DNA of 64,000 bases from Candidatus Rubrimentiphilum sp. (GCA_035710515.1 DASTDE010000004.1:403434-467433), one strand, 5' to 3'; positions 16,101 to 26,885 are shown, numbered from the stretch's first letter. The notes: generated by a model from the sequence alone, not told the origin. A program made the numbers and translations.

Positions 16101-17050
16101 GGAATCTTCTGGAGCACGACGACGACCGGCAAGCCGAACGTGTGTGGGTAGATATCGGCCGCTGCGAACGCGGTCATGACGTAGGTACCGGACCCGTTCG
16201 CGAGGATGGTCTGCATCTGCGCGGGATTCGGCGGTATCGTCTGTACGGGCACAACGTTGCGAACGAAATACGGCGGAAATCCGTCGCGAGCGGCTTTTTG
16301 AGGAACGAACGTTCCCAGCAGCTCGGCCAATGCCAACTGCGCACTCACATTTTTTCCGGCCGGCACCGTCTCTTGGGCAATCGCGTCGCCGCGCCGGTAC
16401 ATCAACCGATCCGGAATGGGCTTCGTTAAGCCAAAGTGGATCGGATCGTCCAGATAAAGATTCTGGTCGGCGGCCGCCACAACCAGGACATCGCCTTCCG
16501 CCAAATCCGCCCGCATCTCTACGGAGTCCGCATAGTCACTCAGAATCTTCGGCACGTTGGCCGGCGGCTTGAACGGCTTCAGCCCCAGCGGCGCGTACAC
16601 GCGGTTGACGTAGGACACGGTTTGATCGTACAGCTGCTGCACGAGCTGCCGGCGCAGCTCGGGTGATGCGCCCGCGGGAATCCGCACCGCGCCGTTGCCC
16701 AACGGCGTGCCGAACGCGATGACGAGTTTCCCTTCGTTGACTTTGCTCTCGAGCTGTTTCGCGCGCGTTTGCGCCGCGAGGATCTCCGCATTGATCTGAT
16801 TCAACTGGAAAAACGCCGTCTTGACTTCGTTGAAAGCAAAGATGGCTGCCAGCGTGACGACGAGCGCGATGATCATGCCGGTCGCTACCGCGATCAGGGT
16901 GGACGTGTAGCGCGGACGGATGTTGAAGATCGTCAGGCGCTTGCGGCCGACTTGATGCCCGATGCGATCGCCGGCATAGGCGATCACGCCCGCGAGCGCG
17001 ACGATGAAGATGACGATCCCGGTGCCGCGCAGCAGATCGATGGCTTGCAT
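16097..17050 (-). CDS. DUF3084-like membrane protein
   Basis: 317 aa. GIVIFIVALAGVIAYAGDRIGHQVGRKRLTIFNIRPRYTSTLIAVATG, followed by a coiled coil, matches my recollection of the DUF3084 N-terminus. Confidence 0.65.
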   Translation of the reverse strand: MQAIDLLRGTGIVIFIVALAGVIAYAGDRIGHQVGRKRLTIFNIRPRYTSTLIAVATGMIIALVVTLAAIFAFNEVKTAFFQLNQINAEILAAQTRAKQLESKVNEGKLVIAFGTPLGNGAVRIPAGASPELRRQLVQQLYDQTVSYVNRVYAPLGLKPFKPPANVPKILSDYADSVEMRADLAEGDVLVVAAADQNLYLDDPIHFGLTKPIPDRLMYRRGDAIAQETVPAGKNVSAQLALAELLGTFVPQKAARDGFPPYFVRNVVPVQTIPPNPAQMQTILANGSGTYVMTAFAAADIYPHTFGLPVVVVLQKIP

Positions 17051-18182
17051 TAAACCATCGCCGCCCGGCGCAGCCGCTGCGCGCCGATGAACGTGAAGAT
17101 GAGGTTCGGCATCCAGGCGGCCAGCGCGGCGATCACCGGCAGCGCTTCACCGACGTACGAAAATACCGTCTGCACGATGTAGTAGATGAATACGATCAGG
17201 ACCGCCAAGCCGAAACCCAAACTCGCGCTCCCGCCGCCGCGCACCGAACGGATGCCGAACGGCACGGCGATCAGCGTGAACACAAAACAGGCAAACGGCT
17301 GCGCGAGTTTTTCTTGATAGGCCATCCAATATTTGCTCAGCTCGGAAGGAGTGAGCTGTCCGGTGCTGATGATTTCGGCAATCTCGGCCCGGCTCATGTT
17401 CAGCGGGTTGTTGCCCGCGGCGCGCTTGGCGATCTCGGCCGGATTCTGGCCCAGCTCGACCTGCAGGGAAGGCGTCTGCGACCCCAAGATCGTCTGGCCG
17501 TTCTGGCCGCTGAAACGGTAGATGCGCGCGTTGTCGAGCGTCCATTTGTCGGCCGCAAAATCCGCCCGGTCCGCAAAGACGATCTGCGTTGGATTGCCGG
17601 CGCGATCGTATTGCACCAGCGTGACCTGTAAGAGCGCGTGCGTATGCGAATCGTACGCGCTGAAGAATGTAATCTGATGGCCGCCGCCCGGCAGCGGGGC
17701 ATTCACCGTCGTGCCGCTGGCAAACGGACTAGTGTGATTGATCACCGTGTTTTCAATGACGGTGAACTGCGCTTGCGCGTAAGGCACGACGGCTTCTTGC
17801 AAGACCAGCGTCACGAGTGAGAGGACGAAACCGGCGACCAGCAAGGGCATGATAATGCGCAGAAACGTAATGCCGCCGGCTTTCATTGCGGTGATCTCGC
17901 TCTCGCCGGAGAGACGCTGAATCGCCAGCAGCGTTCCCAGTAAGAGCGCCATCGGAATCGTCAGCACGACCATTGACGGCAGTTGCCAGAGAAACGCCTC
18001 GATTGCCGCCCACAGCGGCGCGTGCGCTTCGGAGACCGCGCGGCCGATCGCGATGATCTGCGTGGCGGCGAAGATCAGCGTGAAGGCGGAAAGCCCAAAC
18101 AGAAACGGCCCGACGAGTTCGCCGAGCATGTACCGGTCGAGAATGGTGATCCTGGGCGCAAATGCCGGCCCGGCGGCTTGGC

Positions 18183-18186
<4 letters not shown>
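17050..18186 (-). CDS. LPS export ABC transporter permease, LptF/LptG family
   Basis: 378 aa. The N-terminus is [25 protein letters not shown] (YjgP/YjgQ family). Six TM helices flank a periplasmic beta-jellyroll region. A TTGA overlap joins it to lptB. Confidence 0.85.
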
Positions 18187-18937
<751 letters not shown>

Positions 18938-18941
<4 letters not shown>

Positions 18942-19486
18942 TTCATCACCATACGCGTCAGTTTTATGTCCGATGTAAACGTATTTCCCGTCAAGACTTC
19001 ACGCTGTCCGTTCTGGAATGCGGTCATGCGAACGTTTCCGGTGCCGGTCACCAAGCTCGTCGCGCGATCGTATGCAAGCCGGTCGCACGTCAGCGTTGCG
19101 CCGGTACTCGTCTTCGCGTGCACGCCGCCCGAAAGCGTCACTTGATTGGTGCGATCGTCAACCGCAGCTTGCGGCGCCATGGCGGTCAGCGACGTTCCGT
19201 CTTTGTCGTAGAACGTCACGGTCGCCTCGGCAAAGGTGGCTTGCGCCATGTTCTGCGCCGAGTGGCTGACGTACGATCGCGCCGTCCCCTCATACAATTT
19301 GCGGTTACCGGACTGTTCGGAGAATCGCGCGGGAGCGCCGGCATTGCCGCGGCCCGTGATCTTCAGCGGCGGCAAACCCGACGCCGGCGTCGGTGTTGCG
19401 ACTTCGGCGCGCTGCGCATGCTGCGGCTGCGGATTGCATCCCGCCAGCAAGGCGGCCGCAAGTGCAAGCGTAGCTGTGAACTTCAT
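18938..19486 (-). CDS. LptC/LptA-family (OstA-like) periplasmic lipoprotein
   Basis: 182 aa. It has a lipobox (LLAGC). Repeated beta-strands ([52 protein letters not shown]...GNVRM) resemble the OstA/LptC jellyroll. It sits immediately upstream of lptB. Confidence 0.6.
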
Positions 19487-20697
19487 GATGGCGATCGCGG
19501 CTGCTCCTCAAGGCCGTTAGTGGCGGTGACCAGCGCAAGCGCCATCGACGGCAGCCACAGGCCGAAGATCACGACGCTCACCGTGTCGATGAGGCCTTGC
19601 ACCCACGTGCCCACGAGTCCCGCCGCAACCGCCAATGCGATGGTCGCGTTGGCGGGCGAAGCGCCGCGCAGACGCTTGAGCAGCTCGAGCACGAAGCGCC
19701 ACCACGCAAACACCACAGCCAGCAGTCCGATCAATCCGGTCTCGGCAAGTATCGTCAAGAGAAAACTGTGCGCGTGGAAGGCGGTCGCATCGCCGTCCGG
19801 CAGGCGCACGAGCGGGTAGATGCGCGCGAACTCGAACGGCCCGACGCCGGTGAGCGGAAAACGAAGCACGATCTGGATGCCGGCTTGCCAGATCGACAGC
19901 CGCGTGTAATTCTCGGACGGGTTGTGGCGGACGTTAAAAACGACGAGCACCGCTGCCAGTCCGGCGAGCAAAATAAGCGGCGCGTACCGGCGCCGGACGT
20001 GACCGCCTACGAAGATGTAAAACGCAATTGCCGCCGCTAAACCAATCCAGCCCGCGCGAGAAATCGTCAGGACGAACGCGATCGCTCCAACCGCCAGCGC
20101 ACTCCACGCCAGCGCGCGCATGCGTGCATCGATCGAAACGCGCGCTACCGCAAACGCGATGGGAAGAAAAATGATCAGATACCCGGCTAACTCGCCGGAG
20201 AGAATGAACGTGCCGATCGCCCGTCCGTGTCCGATCGCGTACTGCGCGACCGGCAGCCGCGTTGCCACCATAACGATCGCTGCCAGCGAAGCTAGGCCGC
20301 CCGAGATTAAGTAACTCGCGAAGATCGCGCGGCTCACGCCGGGCGCTCGATAGTAGCGCAGTATCGTAAGATGCCAGATCAGCGCGAGACCGAAGATCGC
20401 GATGAAAAGCAATCCGTTGCGCGGATCGAAACCGAGCATCGCGGAGAGCAGCGCCGCACCGAGCCATACAAGCAGCGGCCACATGGTCGGCGGCGTTTCC
20501 CGCGGCGGAACGAGCAGCGTCGCGGTTGCGTACAAGGCGACAAACGCCATCAGCACCAGGAGCGCTATGGCGAACCATCGCGGTACGAGCGAAACGCCCG
20601 GCACGGTGACGGCCGTCAGCGTGATGAACGCCGGGAAAAACGGTATGACGAAATTCGTCACCGCGAACGCCGCCGGCAGAAAACGCGTTAGGCGCAC
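19483..20697 (-). CDS. O-antigen ligase (WaaL/Wzy_C) family membrane protein
   Basis: 404 aa with at least 10 TM helices. The segment FVLTISRAGWIGLAAAIAF and the periplasmic loop with AFHAHSFLL are typical of Wzy_C proteins. Confidence 0.7.
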   Translation of the reverse strand: MRLTRFLPAAFAVTNFVIPFFPAFITLTAVTVPGVSLVPRWFAIALLVLMAFVALYATATLLVPPRETPPTMWPLLVWLGAALLSAMLGFDPRNGLLFIAIFGLALIWHLTILRYYRAPGVSRAIFASYLISGGLASLAAIVMVATRLPVAQYAIGHGRAIGTFILSGELAGYLIIFLPIAFAVARVSIDARMRALAWSALAVGAIAFVLTISRAGWIGLAAAIAFYIFVGGHVRRRYAPLILLAGLAAVLVVFNVRHNPSENYTRLSIWQAGIQIVLRFPLTGVGPFEFARIYPLVRLPDGDATAFHAHSFLLTILAETGLIGLLAVVFAWWRFVLELLKRLRGASPANATIALAVAAGLVGTWVQGLIDTVSVVIFGLWLPSMALALVTATNGLEEQPRSPS

Positions 20698-21833
20698 AGT
20701 TGAACGATCCGTTCGGCGATGGTGCGCGCCGCACCGGGCGGACCCATGCGCTCGCGCCCGGCTTGCGCCATTTCTTTGCGCCGCTGCGGATCGCGTAACA
20801 GGTCGCCGGCTGCGCGCGCGCCTTCCACGACGTCACGCGGCACGATCAGCAGCGCGTCGCCGAGCAGCTGCGCTTGGCGGCGCCGGTACCATTTCTTTCG
20901 CTCGCGGCTCGGCACGAACGCGATGACGGGAATTCCGGCAGCGGCCGCAGCTTCGTTGGCGGTCCCCGCCTGACCGAGAACCAGTTGCGCGGCGGAAAGC
21001 ATCGCCTCGCCCGGCCCCGTCCACGTGGTCACCAATTCGCGGCCGTCATCGAACGCGGCGAACGGCACGTGCGGATCGTCTCGCCGCTCGACGCGCCATC
21101 CGTCGGCTCGCAGCAACTCTGCAAAACGCTCGGCTTGCAAGGCCGGCGCGATCGAGAGGACTGCTCGCACGTTCGGATCGTCCTGCGCGACGCGCCGGAC
21201 GACGGCCAAGAGAAAGCGCGCGTCTTCGTACGCGGAGTCGCGGCTTCCCGGAAAGATTGCCAGCTGCGTCGCGCCGTTACCGGGCAGCTGCGCCGCCTTG
21301 CCGCGATCGCCGAGATCGGCGATGACATTCGCGGGAACCGCCGCAATGCCCGAGGACTGCAAATCCTGCGCGGTCGCGGCATCGCGAACGAAGACCGCCT
21401 GCGCCTTGCGGATGATCGAGCGTTCGAAGCGTCCGTAAGAAGCGACGTGCACGCTCTTGGCCGTGCCGACAAAAACCGTCGCGCGCGCGCGGGCTTGCAA
21501 CGCCATCACCAGCGCCAGCACGTCGCCGACGGCAACGATCACCGAGTATTCTCCACGCACCGAACGCAAGAACCGCCACTGCGCGATCGTCAAGCCGGCT
21601 AACCCCGCGCCGAGGTCCCGCGCGATGTTGCCCAGATTTCCCATCGCAATCAAACCGCCGCTGGGCATCGCACGTCGCGGACCGACCTCCTGAAGGGAAT
21701 CGAGCTGCCACGCATCGCCGACGAGCGCAAGATGATCGCATCGGATTGCCGGCATGAGTTGCCGCAGCTGCGACGCGATGCGCGCGGCGATCGCCGTTTC
21801 GCCGTGGCCGTTTGAAACGAACAAAACGTTCAT
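20688..21833 (-). CDS. lipid-A-disaccharide synthase-related protein (LpxB paralog family)
   Basis: 381 aa starting MNVLFVSNGHGETAIAARIA. This N-terminus and the GT-B-like C-terminus (GTANEAAAAAGIPVIAF) match the LpxB-related family seen in cyanobacteria and others. The ATG forms an ATGA overlap with the upstream gene. The 673-aa track ORF (to 22709) is a read-through artefact. Confidence 0.7.
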   Translation of the reverse strand: MNVLFVSNGHGETAIAARIASQLRQLMPAIRCDHLALVGDAWQLDSLQEVGPRRAMPSGGLIAMGNLGNIARDLGAGLAGLTIAQWRFLRSVRGEYSVIVAVGDVLALVMALQARARATVFVGTAKSVHVASYGRFERSIIRKAQAVFVRDAATAQDLQSSGIAAVPANVIADLGDRGKAAQLPGNGATQLAIFPGSRDSAYEDARFLLAVVRRVAQDDPNVRAVLSIAPALQAERFAELLRADGWRVERRDDPHVPFAAFDDGRELVTTWTGPGEAMLSAAQLVLGQAGTANEAAAAAGIPVIAFVPSRERKKWYRRRQAQLLGDALLIVPRDVVEGARAAGDLLRDPQRRKEMAQAGRERMGPPGAARTIAERIVQLCA

Positions 21834-22570
21834 GCCGCGGCCAGCAGCGGTATCAGCGCAAAGTCCGAGAGCGCCCAGCGCCCGCGGGCGAGATCGAACT
21901 CGACGTCGCTCTGCGAAACGTATTGGCCGTACGGGCCCGCATGCACGATCGGCACGCCGCCGACGACTTCGGGCTGCTCGAGCGTATCGTGGCTGTGACC
22001 GCCCAGCAACAGATCGATGCGCGGATTGGCGGCCGCCAGTTCGCGGTCGCGCCGTAATCCCAAGTGCGAAAGGACGACGAGCATGTCGCCCGGCGGAACC
22101 TGCTGCGCGAACTCGCGCACCACCGTCTGCGGATCCAAAAACCGCCAGCCGAAGACGCGTTCCCATGGACTGCCCGCCGGATATTGCGTGACCAGCAGCG
22201 CCGCGATGTGAACGCGCACCGGGGTGCCGCCCGGCGCGGCATTCTCGATGGTATAAAACCTGCGGAACGGAAGTTCCCTGCCCTTCAGATCGATCAGGTT
22301 GCTGCAGATCAGCGGATGATGCATCTGCGCCGCGCGCGCGCGCAGACAGCCGAAGAGGTAGTGAAACTCGCGATTGCCGATCGCTTGCGCGTCGTAACCG
22401 GCGGCGTCGATCTCCGCGATGATCGGCTCGCGGCGATGGTACACCGTTTGGCTGCCGCGCAGCGAATCGCCGCAGTCGAAGAGCAGGCCCGGCGCGGCTT
22501 GACGCAGCGACTGCAGGCGCGGAACGATTCCGCGGTGGTCGTGCAGATCGGACGTGTGATAGATACGCAT
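21830..22570 (-). CDS. calcineurin-like metallophosphoesterase
   Basis: 246 aa. Motifs are SDLHDH, DCGDS, GNREF, SHLG and GGHSHD, in the order of the metallophosphatase signature. It is embedded between lpxB and the lpxB-related gene, with overlapping start/stop codons on both sides. Confidence 0.8.
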   Translation of the reverse strand: MRIYHTSDLHDHRGIVPRLQSLRQAAPGLLFDCGDSLRGSQTVYHRREPIIAEIDAAGYDAQAIGNREFHYLFGCLRARAAQMHHPLICSNLIDLKGRELPFRRFYTIENAAPGGTPVRVHIAALLVTQYPAGSPWERVFGWRFLDPQTVVREFAQQVPPGDMLVVLSHLGLRRDRELAAANPRIDLLLGGHSHDTLEQPEVVGGVPIVHAGPYGQYVSQSDVEFDLARGRWALSDFALIPLLAAA

Positions 22571-23685
22571 CAGTGCGTTGCGCCCTTCGCCAACTCGACG
22601 GCAAAGGCCGCGCAGCGATCGATCGCATCCGCCGGCCCGAGCGCTTCGCGCAGCGCGAGAAACTCGCCGTATTGCCTGGCCGGGTCGCGCAACACGCGCT
22701 CCATCTCATCGGCCAAGTGTTCGGGCGTCGCTTGCTCTTGCAAGTATTCGGGAACGATGCGGCGCTTCATCACGAGGTTGGGCAGCGCGATGAAACGTCC
22801 GGCGCGCACACGTTGCGCGTACTTCTCGAGCTGCGGCGCCACGACGTAGAGAACGACGACCGGTACGCCGGTGAGGGCGCATTCCAAGACCGCCGTGCCC
22901 GACGAAACGAATGCCGCATCCGCCTGCGCGATCGCCGCCAGCGTCCCGCGCGCGTATTCGACATCGTTCGCTCCCTCGCGCGCGGCGAATTCCCGAATGA
23001 ACCGCTCGGAGCGTTCGTCGCCCGGACCCGCGATTGCGCGCAGGTTCGGCCGTTTTGCTTTGAGCAAGCGATACGCGCGCAGCAGCAGCGGAACGTGATA
23101 ACGCAGCTCGCTGCCGCGGCTGCCGGGCAGCAGCGCGATCGTGCCGCCGTCTTGCGGCGGCGCCGGCCGCGCGGTGCGCATCGCATAGCGCGAGGCCAGC
23201 GGATGGCCGAAATACGCAATCGGTAAGCCCAGCGACACAAAGAAATCGCGCTGATGCGCAAAAGCAGTGAGCGGCACGGCCGCTTCCGCAATACTCCGTG
23301 CGCGTTTCGGATCGTCGAGCCAGGTTCCGGGCGGAAAAACGTCGAGGATCGCACCGCGGTACCGCAACGTACGCAGCAGCCGCGCCAAGCGCACGTTGAA
23401 CGCACCGAAATCGACCAGGACGACGAGGTCCGGCTTCACGCGCATGATGTGCGCCGCAGCCTCCAAACCGTTGAACAGGAGTTTCGGAATCCGCGGAAGC
23501 GCCGCTAGCGGACCCATGCTCGCCCATCCCGCGGTGTCGTGACGGATACGGAAACCCGCCGCGCGCATCCGCGCCGAACCGATTCCCTCAAACTCAGCGT
23601 GCGGATCGACGCGCGCGATCGCTTCGGCGAGCGCGACCGCCGTCAGTTCGCCCGAGGCTTCGCCCGTCGAGAAAAAGTAGCGCAT
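22570..23685 (-). CDS. lpxB: lipid-A-disaccharide synthase
   Basis: 371 aa. The N-terminus is MRYFFSTGEASGE (compare FISAGEPSGD in known LpxB). It also carries LLPGSRGSE and VSSGTAVLECALTGVPVVV, and sits directly downstream of lpxA. Confidence 0.88.
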   Translation of the reverse strand: MRYFFSTGEASGELTAVALAEAIARVDPHAEFEGIGSARMRAAGFRIRHDTAGWASMGPLAALPRIPKLLFNGLEAAAHIMRVKPDLVVLVDFGAFNVRLARLLRTLRYRGAILDVFPPGTWLDDPKRARSIAEAAVPLTAFAHQRDFFVSLGLPIAYFGHPLASRYAMRTARPAPPQDGGTIALLPGSRGSELRYHVPLLLRAYRLLKAKRPNLRAIAGPGDERSERFIREFAAREGANDVEYARGTLAAIAQADAAFVSSGTAVLECALTGVPVVVLYVVAPQLEKYAQRVRAGRFIALPNLVMKRRIVPEYLQEQATPEHLADEMERVLRDPARQYGEFLALREALGPADAIDRCAAFAVELAKGATH

Positions 23686-23686
23686 C

Positions 23687-24457
23687 CTACTTTAAGAGGA
23701 TGCCTTGCTGCGATTCGCCCTCGAGAAATGCGATGATGTGGCGGCCCGAATCGGTCGTGGCTTGGGCCTTCATAGTCTCGATCGCTTGCGACAGATTCAG
23801 CTTCGAGCCGTAGAGAATCTTATAAAACGCCTTTATCTCCGAGCGTTCCTCGGGCGAGAACTCGGCGCGGCGCAGACCCACGCTGTTGAGTCCGTACGGC
23901 TCCGCGGGATTGCCGGCGACCAAGAAAAACGGCGGCACGTCGCGGGTGAGCCGGCTGGCGCCGCCGACCATCGCGTATTGACCGACACGCGTGAATTGAT
24001 GCAGCGCCGTCATGCCGCCGATCAGCGCGTTGTCTTCGACCACGCAGTGTCCCGCCAGTTGCGCGAGGTTGCTCATGGTGACGCTGTTGCCGATCACGCA
24101 GTTGTGCGCGATGTGCACGTACGCCAAAAACAGACAGTCGTCGCCGACCGACGTCACCTGATCTTCGCCGGTCGCCCGCTGGATGCTGACGTACTCGCGC
24201 ACGATCGTCCGGCTGCCGACGCGCGTATACGCTCGCTCGCCGAGATATTTCTTATCTTGCGATGCAGCTCCGATGGTCGCGAACGGAAAGATCTTGCACT
24301 CTTCACCGATCGTCGTCCAGCCGTTGATCACGACGTGCGACTGCAAGATGGAGCCGCGCCCAATCGCGACGTTTTCGCCGACGATGCAATACGGACCGAT
24401 CTCCACGCCGCGGTCGACGTTGGCGTTCGGGTGAACTATTGCGGTCGGATGGATCAC
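23687..24457 (-). CDS. lpxA: acyl-ACP--UDP-N-acetylglucosamine O-acyltransferase
   Basis: 256 aa. A left-handed beta-helix of hexapeptide repeats starts at IHPTAIVHPNANVDRGVEIGPYCIVGENV. GGMTALHQFTRVG and the LRR...S C-terminal helical domain are typical of LpxA. GTG start. Confidence 0.92.
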   Translation of the reverse strand: MIHPTAIVHPNANVDRGVEIGPYCIVGENVAIGRGSILQSHVVINGWTTIGEECKIFPFATIGAASQDKKYLGERAYTRVGSRTIVREYVSIQRATGEDQVTSVGDDCLFLAYVHIAHNCVIGNSVTMSNLAQLAGHCVVEDNALIGGMTALHQFTRVGQYAMVGGASRLTRDVPPFFLVAGNPAEPYGLNSVGLRRAEFSPEERSEIKAFYKILYGSKLNLSQAIETMKAQATTDSGRHIIAFLEGESQQGILLK

Positions 24458-24548
24458 TTTCTAACAGGCGCTCCGCGCTGCGCGCTGCGCCGCCCCCCAC
24501 CGGCAAAGCCGGCGGGGTCCCCCTCCGCCTGCCAACTTCTTAAGGATT

Positions 24549-25022
24549 TCAAGTGTGCAATACGGTTGCGTCGTAGCCGAGCAGCCGCGGGTCGGAAGAG
24601 ATCGAAAACATCAGTTCGGCCGAGACCGCGAATTCGTTGCCGACGCGGCCTTCGGCTTGCACCCAGCCGATGTTGCGCTTGTGCTTGATCAGCGTTGCTT
24701 CCATCATAAAGCAGTCGCCGGGCACAACCGGGCGCCGGAACTTGGCGCGATCGATTCCGGCCAGATACGGAATCTTACGCGAGAACTCGCCGGGCTCGAG
24801 CACCACGCACCCGCCCAATTGCGCAAGCGCTTCGATCATGTAGACGCCCGGCAAAACCGGATTGCCCGGAAAGTGTCCGGTGAAGACCGGCTCGTTGTTG
24901 GTGATGTTCTTGAAGCCGCGCGCGCGCACGCCGGGCTCCAGTTCCAAAATGCGGTCGACAAGCAGCAGCGGATAGCGATGCGGCAGGATCTCCATGATTT
25001 GCCGGATGTCGAGTTCGGCCAT
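24549..25022 (-). CDS. fabZ: 3-hydroxyacyl-ACP dehydratase FabZ
   Basis: Motifs are LPHRYPLLLVDR, FTGHFPGNPVLPGVYMIEALAQ and AGIDRAKFRRPVVPGD. The ATG at 25022 overlaps the lpxC stop (TGATG). The track ORF extension to 25205 is Arg/Ala-rich non-coding-looking sequence inside lpxC. Confidence 0.92.
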   Translation of the reverse strand: MAELDIRQIMEILPHRYPLLLVDRILELEPGVRARGFKNITNNEPVFTGHFPGNPVLPGVYMIEALAQLGGCVVLEPGEFSRKIPYLAGIDRAKFRRPVVPGDCFMMEATLIKHKRNIGWVQAEGRVGNEFAVSAELMFSISSDPRLLGYDATVLHT

Positions 25023-25897
25023 CAGGAGCTCGCCTTTGCGGCCGGCGCCTGACCGCTGATCTCGCGGCGCAGCTGCGCGGTTAAGATGCAATGGAGTTTG
25101 TGGCCGCTCTTGATCGCAACGACTTCGCACTGCGGCCAGGCGCCCAGCAGCGCAAAGTCGCCGAGCAAATCGAGCACCTTGTGGCGCACAGGTTCGTTGT
25201 CCCAACGCAGCGGCTGCATCGGGCCGTCCGGTGCAAAGACCAGAGCATTTTCTAGCGTCCCGCCTTTCGCGAGACCGCGCTTGAGCAACCCTTCCACTTC
25301 GTGCAGATAGCCGAACGTGCGCGCGCCCGCGATCTCTTGCATGAACGCCTCGCTGCCGATCTCACCGTCAAAGTACTGCGTGCCGATCGGCGGTGCGAAG
25401 TCGGCGACGAATTTCACGCGAAACGCGGCCGCCGGTAAGACGAGGATCAGCCGGTCGCCGTCGCGCGCAAATGCCGGCGTCGCCGGAATGAAACGTTCGC
25501 GTAGTTCGCGTTGCGCGGTAATGCCGGCGGCGGCGATACCGTCGGCGAAGATTTTGGCGCTGCCGTCGGTCACGGGAATCTCCGGGCCGTCGACGCGCAG
25601 TTCCGCGTTGGCGACGCCCATACCGAAGAGGGCCGCGAGCACGTGTTCGACTGTGGAAATTGTGACGCCGTCTTTTCCGACGACTGTGGCGCGCGCGGTT
25701 TCGACGACATATTCGGCGAGTGCCGGAATCTCAACGCCGCCGCTGACGAATCGCAATCCGCTATCCGGCTCAGCCGGCCGGATCTCGACGCGGCACGGCG
25801 CGCCGGAGTGTAACCCTACGCCTTCAAACGCGACCGGTTCACGGAGCGTCGTCTGGTAATGCGTCACGGAGTTTTTCGAGCGCATCGACACGGGCAA
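25022..25897 (-). CDS. lpxC: UDP-3-O-acyl-N-acetylglucosamine deacetylase
   Basis: Motifs are GVGLHSG, TVEHVLAAL, HKVLDLLGDF and SGHKL. The start is uncertain (TTG 25897, ATG 25885 or GTG 25867), and every option overlaps the lpxD 3' end. Confidence 0.9.
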   Translation of the reverse strand: MPVSMRSKNSVTHYQTTLREPVAFEGVGLHSGAPCRVEIRPAEPDSGLRFVSGGVEIPALAEYVVETARATVVGKDGVTISTVEHVLAALFGMGVANAELRVDGPEIPVTDGSAKIFADGIAAAGITAQRELRERFIPATPAFARDGDRLILVLPAAAFRVKFVADFAPPIGTQYFDGEIGSEAFMQEIAGARTFGYLHEVEGLLKRGLAKGGTLENALVFAPDGPMQPLRWDNEPVRHKVLDLLGDFALLGAWPQCEVVAIKSGHKLHCILTAQLRREISGQAPAAKASS

Positions 25898-26885
25898 CGA
25901 GCTTAGGCAGGTTGCGAATCATGACCTCTCTGCGCATTTGCTCGGCGTGCGGCCGTCCCGGAACGCCGCTGAAGAATGCATCCTCGGGAACGTCTTTCCA
26001 AACCTCGCTGCCGCCGCCGATCTTGGCGCGCGATCCGACGCTAAGATGCCCCGAGAATCCGGCTTGTCCGCCGACGAGCACGTAATCGCCCAGGATGGTG
26101 CTGCCAGCTAAACCTACCTGCGCCGCAAGTCCGCAATGTTTTCCGATGCGGCAGTTGTGTCCGATCTGGCAAAGGTTGTCGATCTTCGTGCCGTCGCCGA
26201 TCTGCGTGCTGCCGGTCTGCGCGCGATCGACGCACGTGTTCGCGCCGATCTCGACGTCGTCGCCGAGCACGACGTTGCCGACCTGCGGAATATGTTCGAA
26301 ACGCCCGTCGACGAACACGTAGCCGAAACCGTCGCTGCCGATGACCGATCCTGAATGCAAGATAACGCGATCGCCCGCAACGCAGCCGTCGAGAATGGAG
26401 GCGTGCGGATGCAGCAGCCCGTCGGCGCCGATCGCCGCATCGTTTCCGACGTACGCGTGCGCTTCGAGCACGGTGCGCGCGCCGATACGCGCGCCCGCGC
26501 CGACGACGACGCCGGGACCGATGTAGACGTCAGGCCCGACGGCCGCGCGATCGTCCACAACCGCACTCGGATGGTGAAATGGTCCGCGCTTGCGCGGCCG
26601 TTCGAAAGCTTGCAGCAGCGCCGCCAACGCTGCGCGCGCGCTCGCAACCGCGATGAGCGGTTTCTCCGGATTCTTCTGCCGTTCGGGAGAGAGCAGCGCT
26701 TCGTCGACGAGCACCGCACCCGCGCGAGACTTGAGCGCCGCTTCGAGATACGCCGGCGTCGTCGCGAAGGTCAGCGCGTCGGCGTCGCCGTCGTCGATCG
26801 CCGTGATGCGTCCGACCGCCAACGTGTCGTCGCCGATTGCGCGGCCGCCGACCCGTTGCGCCAGCTGGCCGAGCGTGCCAAGCAC
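25839..26885 (-). CDS. lpxD: UDP-3-O-acylglucosamine N-acyltransferase
   Basis: The N-terminus from GTG 26885 is (M)LGTLGQLAQRVGGRAIGDD...ALTFA, followed by a long hexapeptide-repeat beta-helix. The GTG overlaps the stop of the upstream skp-like gene (TAGTG). The track extension to 27179 overlaps that gene. Confidence 0.9.
   Translation of the reverse strand: MLGTLGQLAQRVGGRAIGDDTLAVGRITAIDDGDADALTFATTPAYLEAALKSRAGAVLVDEALLSPERQKNPEKPLIAVASARAALAALLQAFERPRKRGPFHHPSAVVDDRAAVGPDVYIGPGVVVGAGARIGARTVLEAHAYVGNDAAIGADGLLHPHASILDGCVAGDRVILHSGSVIGSDGFGYVFVDGRFEHIPQVGNVVLGDDVEIGANTCVDRAQTGSTQIGDGTKIDNLCQIGHNCRIGKHCGLAAQVGLAGSTILGDYVLVGGQAGFSGHLSVGSRAKIGGGSEVWKDVPEDAFFSGVPGRPHAEQMRREVMIRNLPKLVARVDALEKLRDALPDDAP

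Noticed and set aside
20688-22709. A 673-aa ORF spanning the lpxB-related gene, the metallophosphoesterase region and the lpxB 3' end.
   Set aside because: Only the last 381 codons (from MNVLFVSNGHGE) look like protein. The upstream part is Arg/Ser/Ala-rich and overlaps a motif-bearing metallophosphoesterase in another frame. The ATGA junction at 21830-21833 defines the real start.
24495-24517. A GC-rich hairpin (CCCC-A-CCGGC-AAA-GCCGG-C-GGGG) in the fabZ-lpxA spacer, considered as a terminator or attenuator.
   Set aside because: There is no U-tract on the transcribed (minus) strand, and it lies inside an obviously co-transcribed operon. It may be a stabilising or REP-like structure, but nothing distinguishes it from chance GC-rich pairing.
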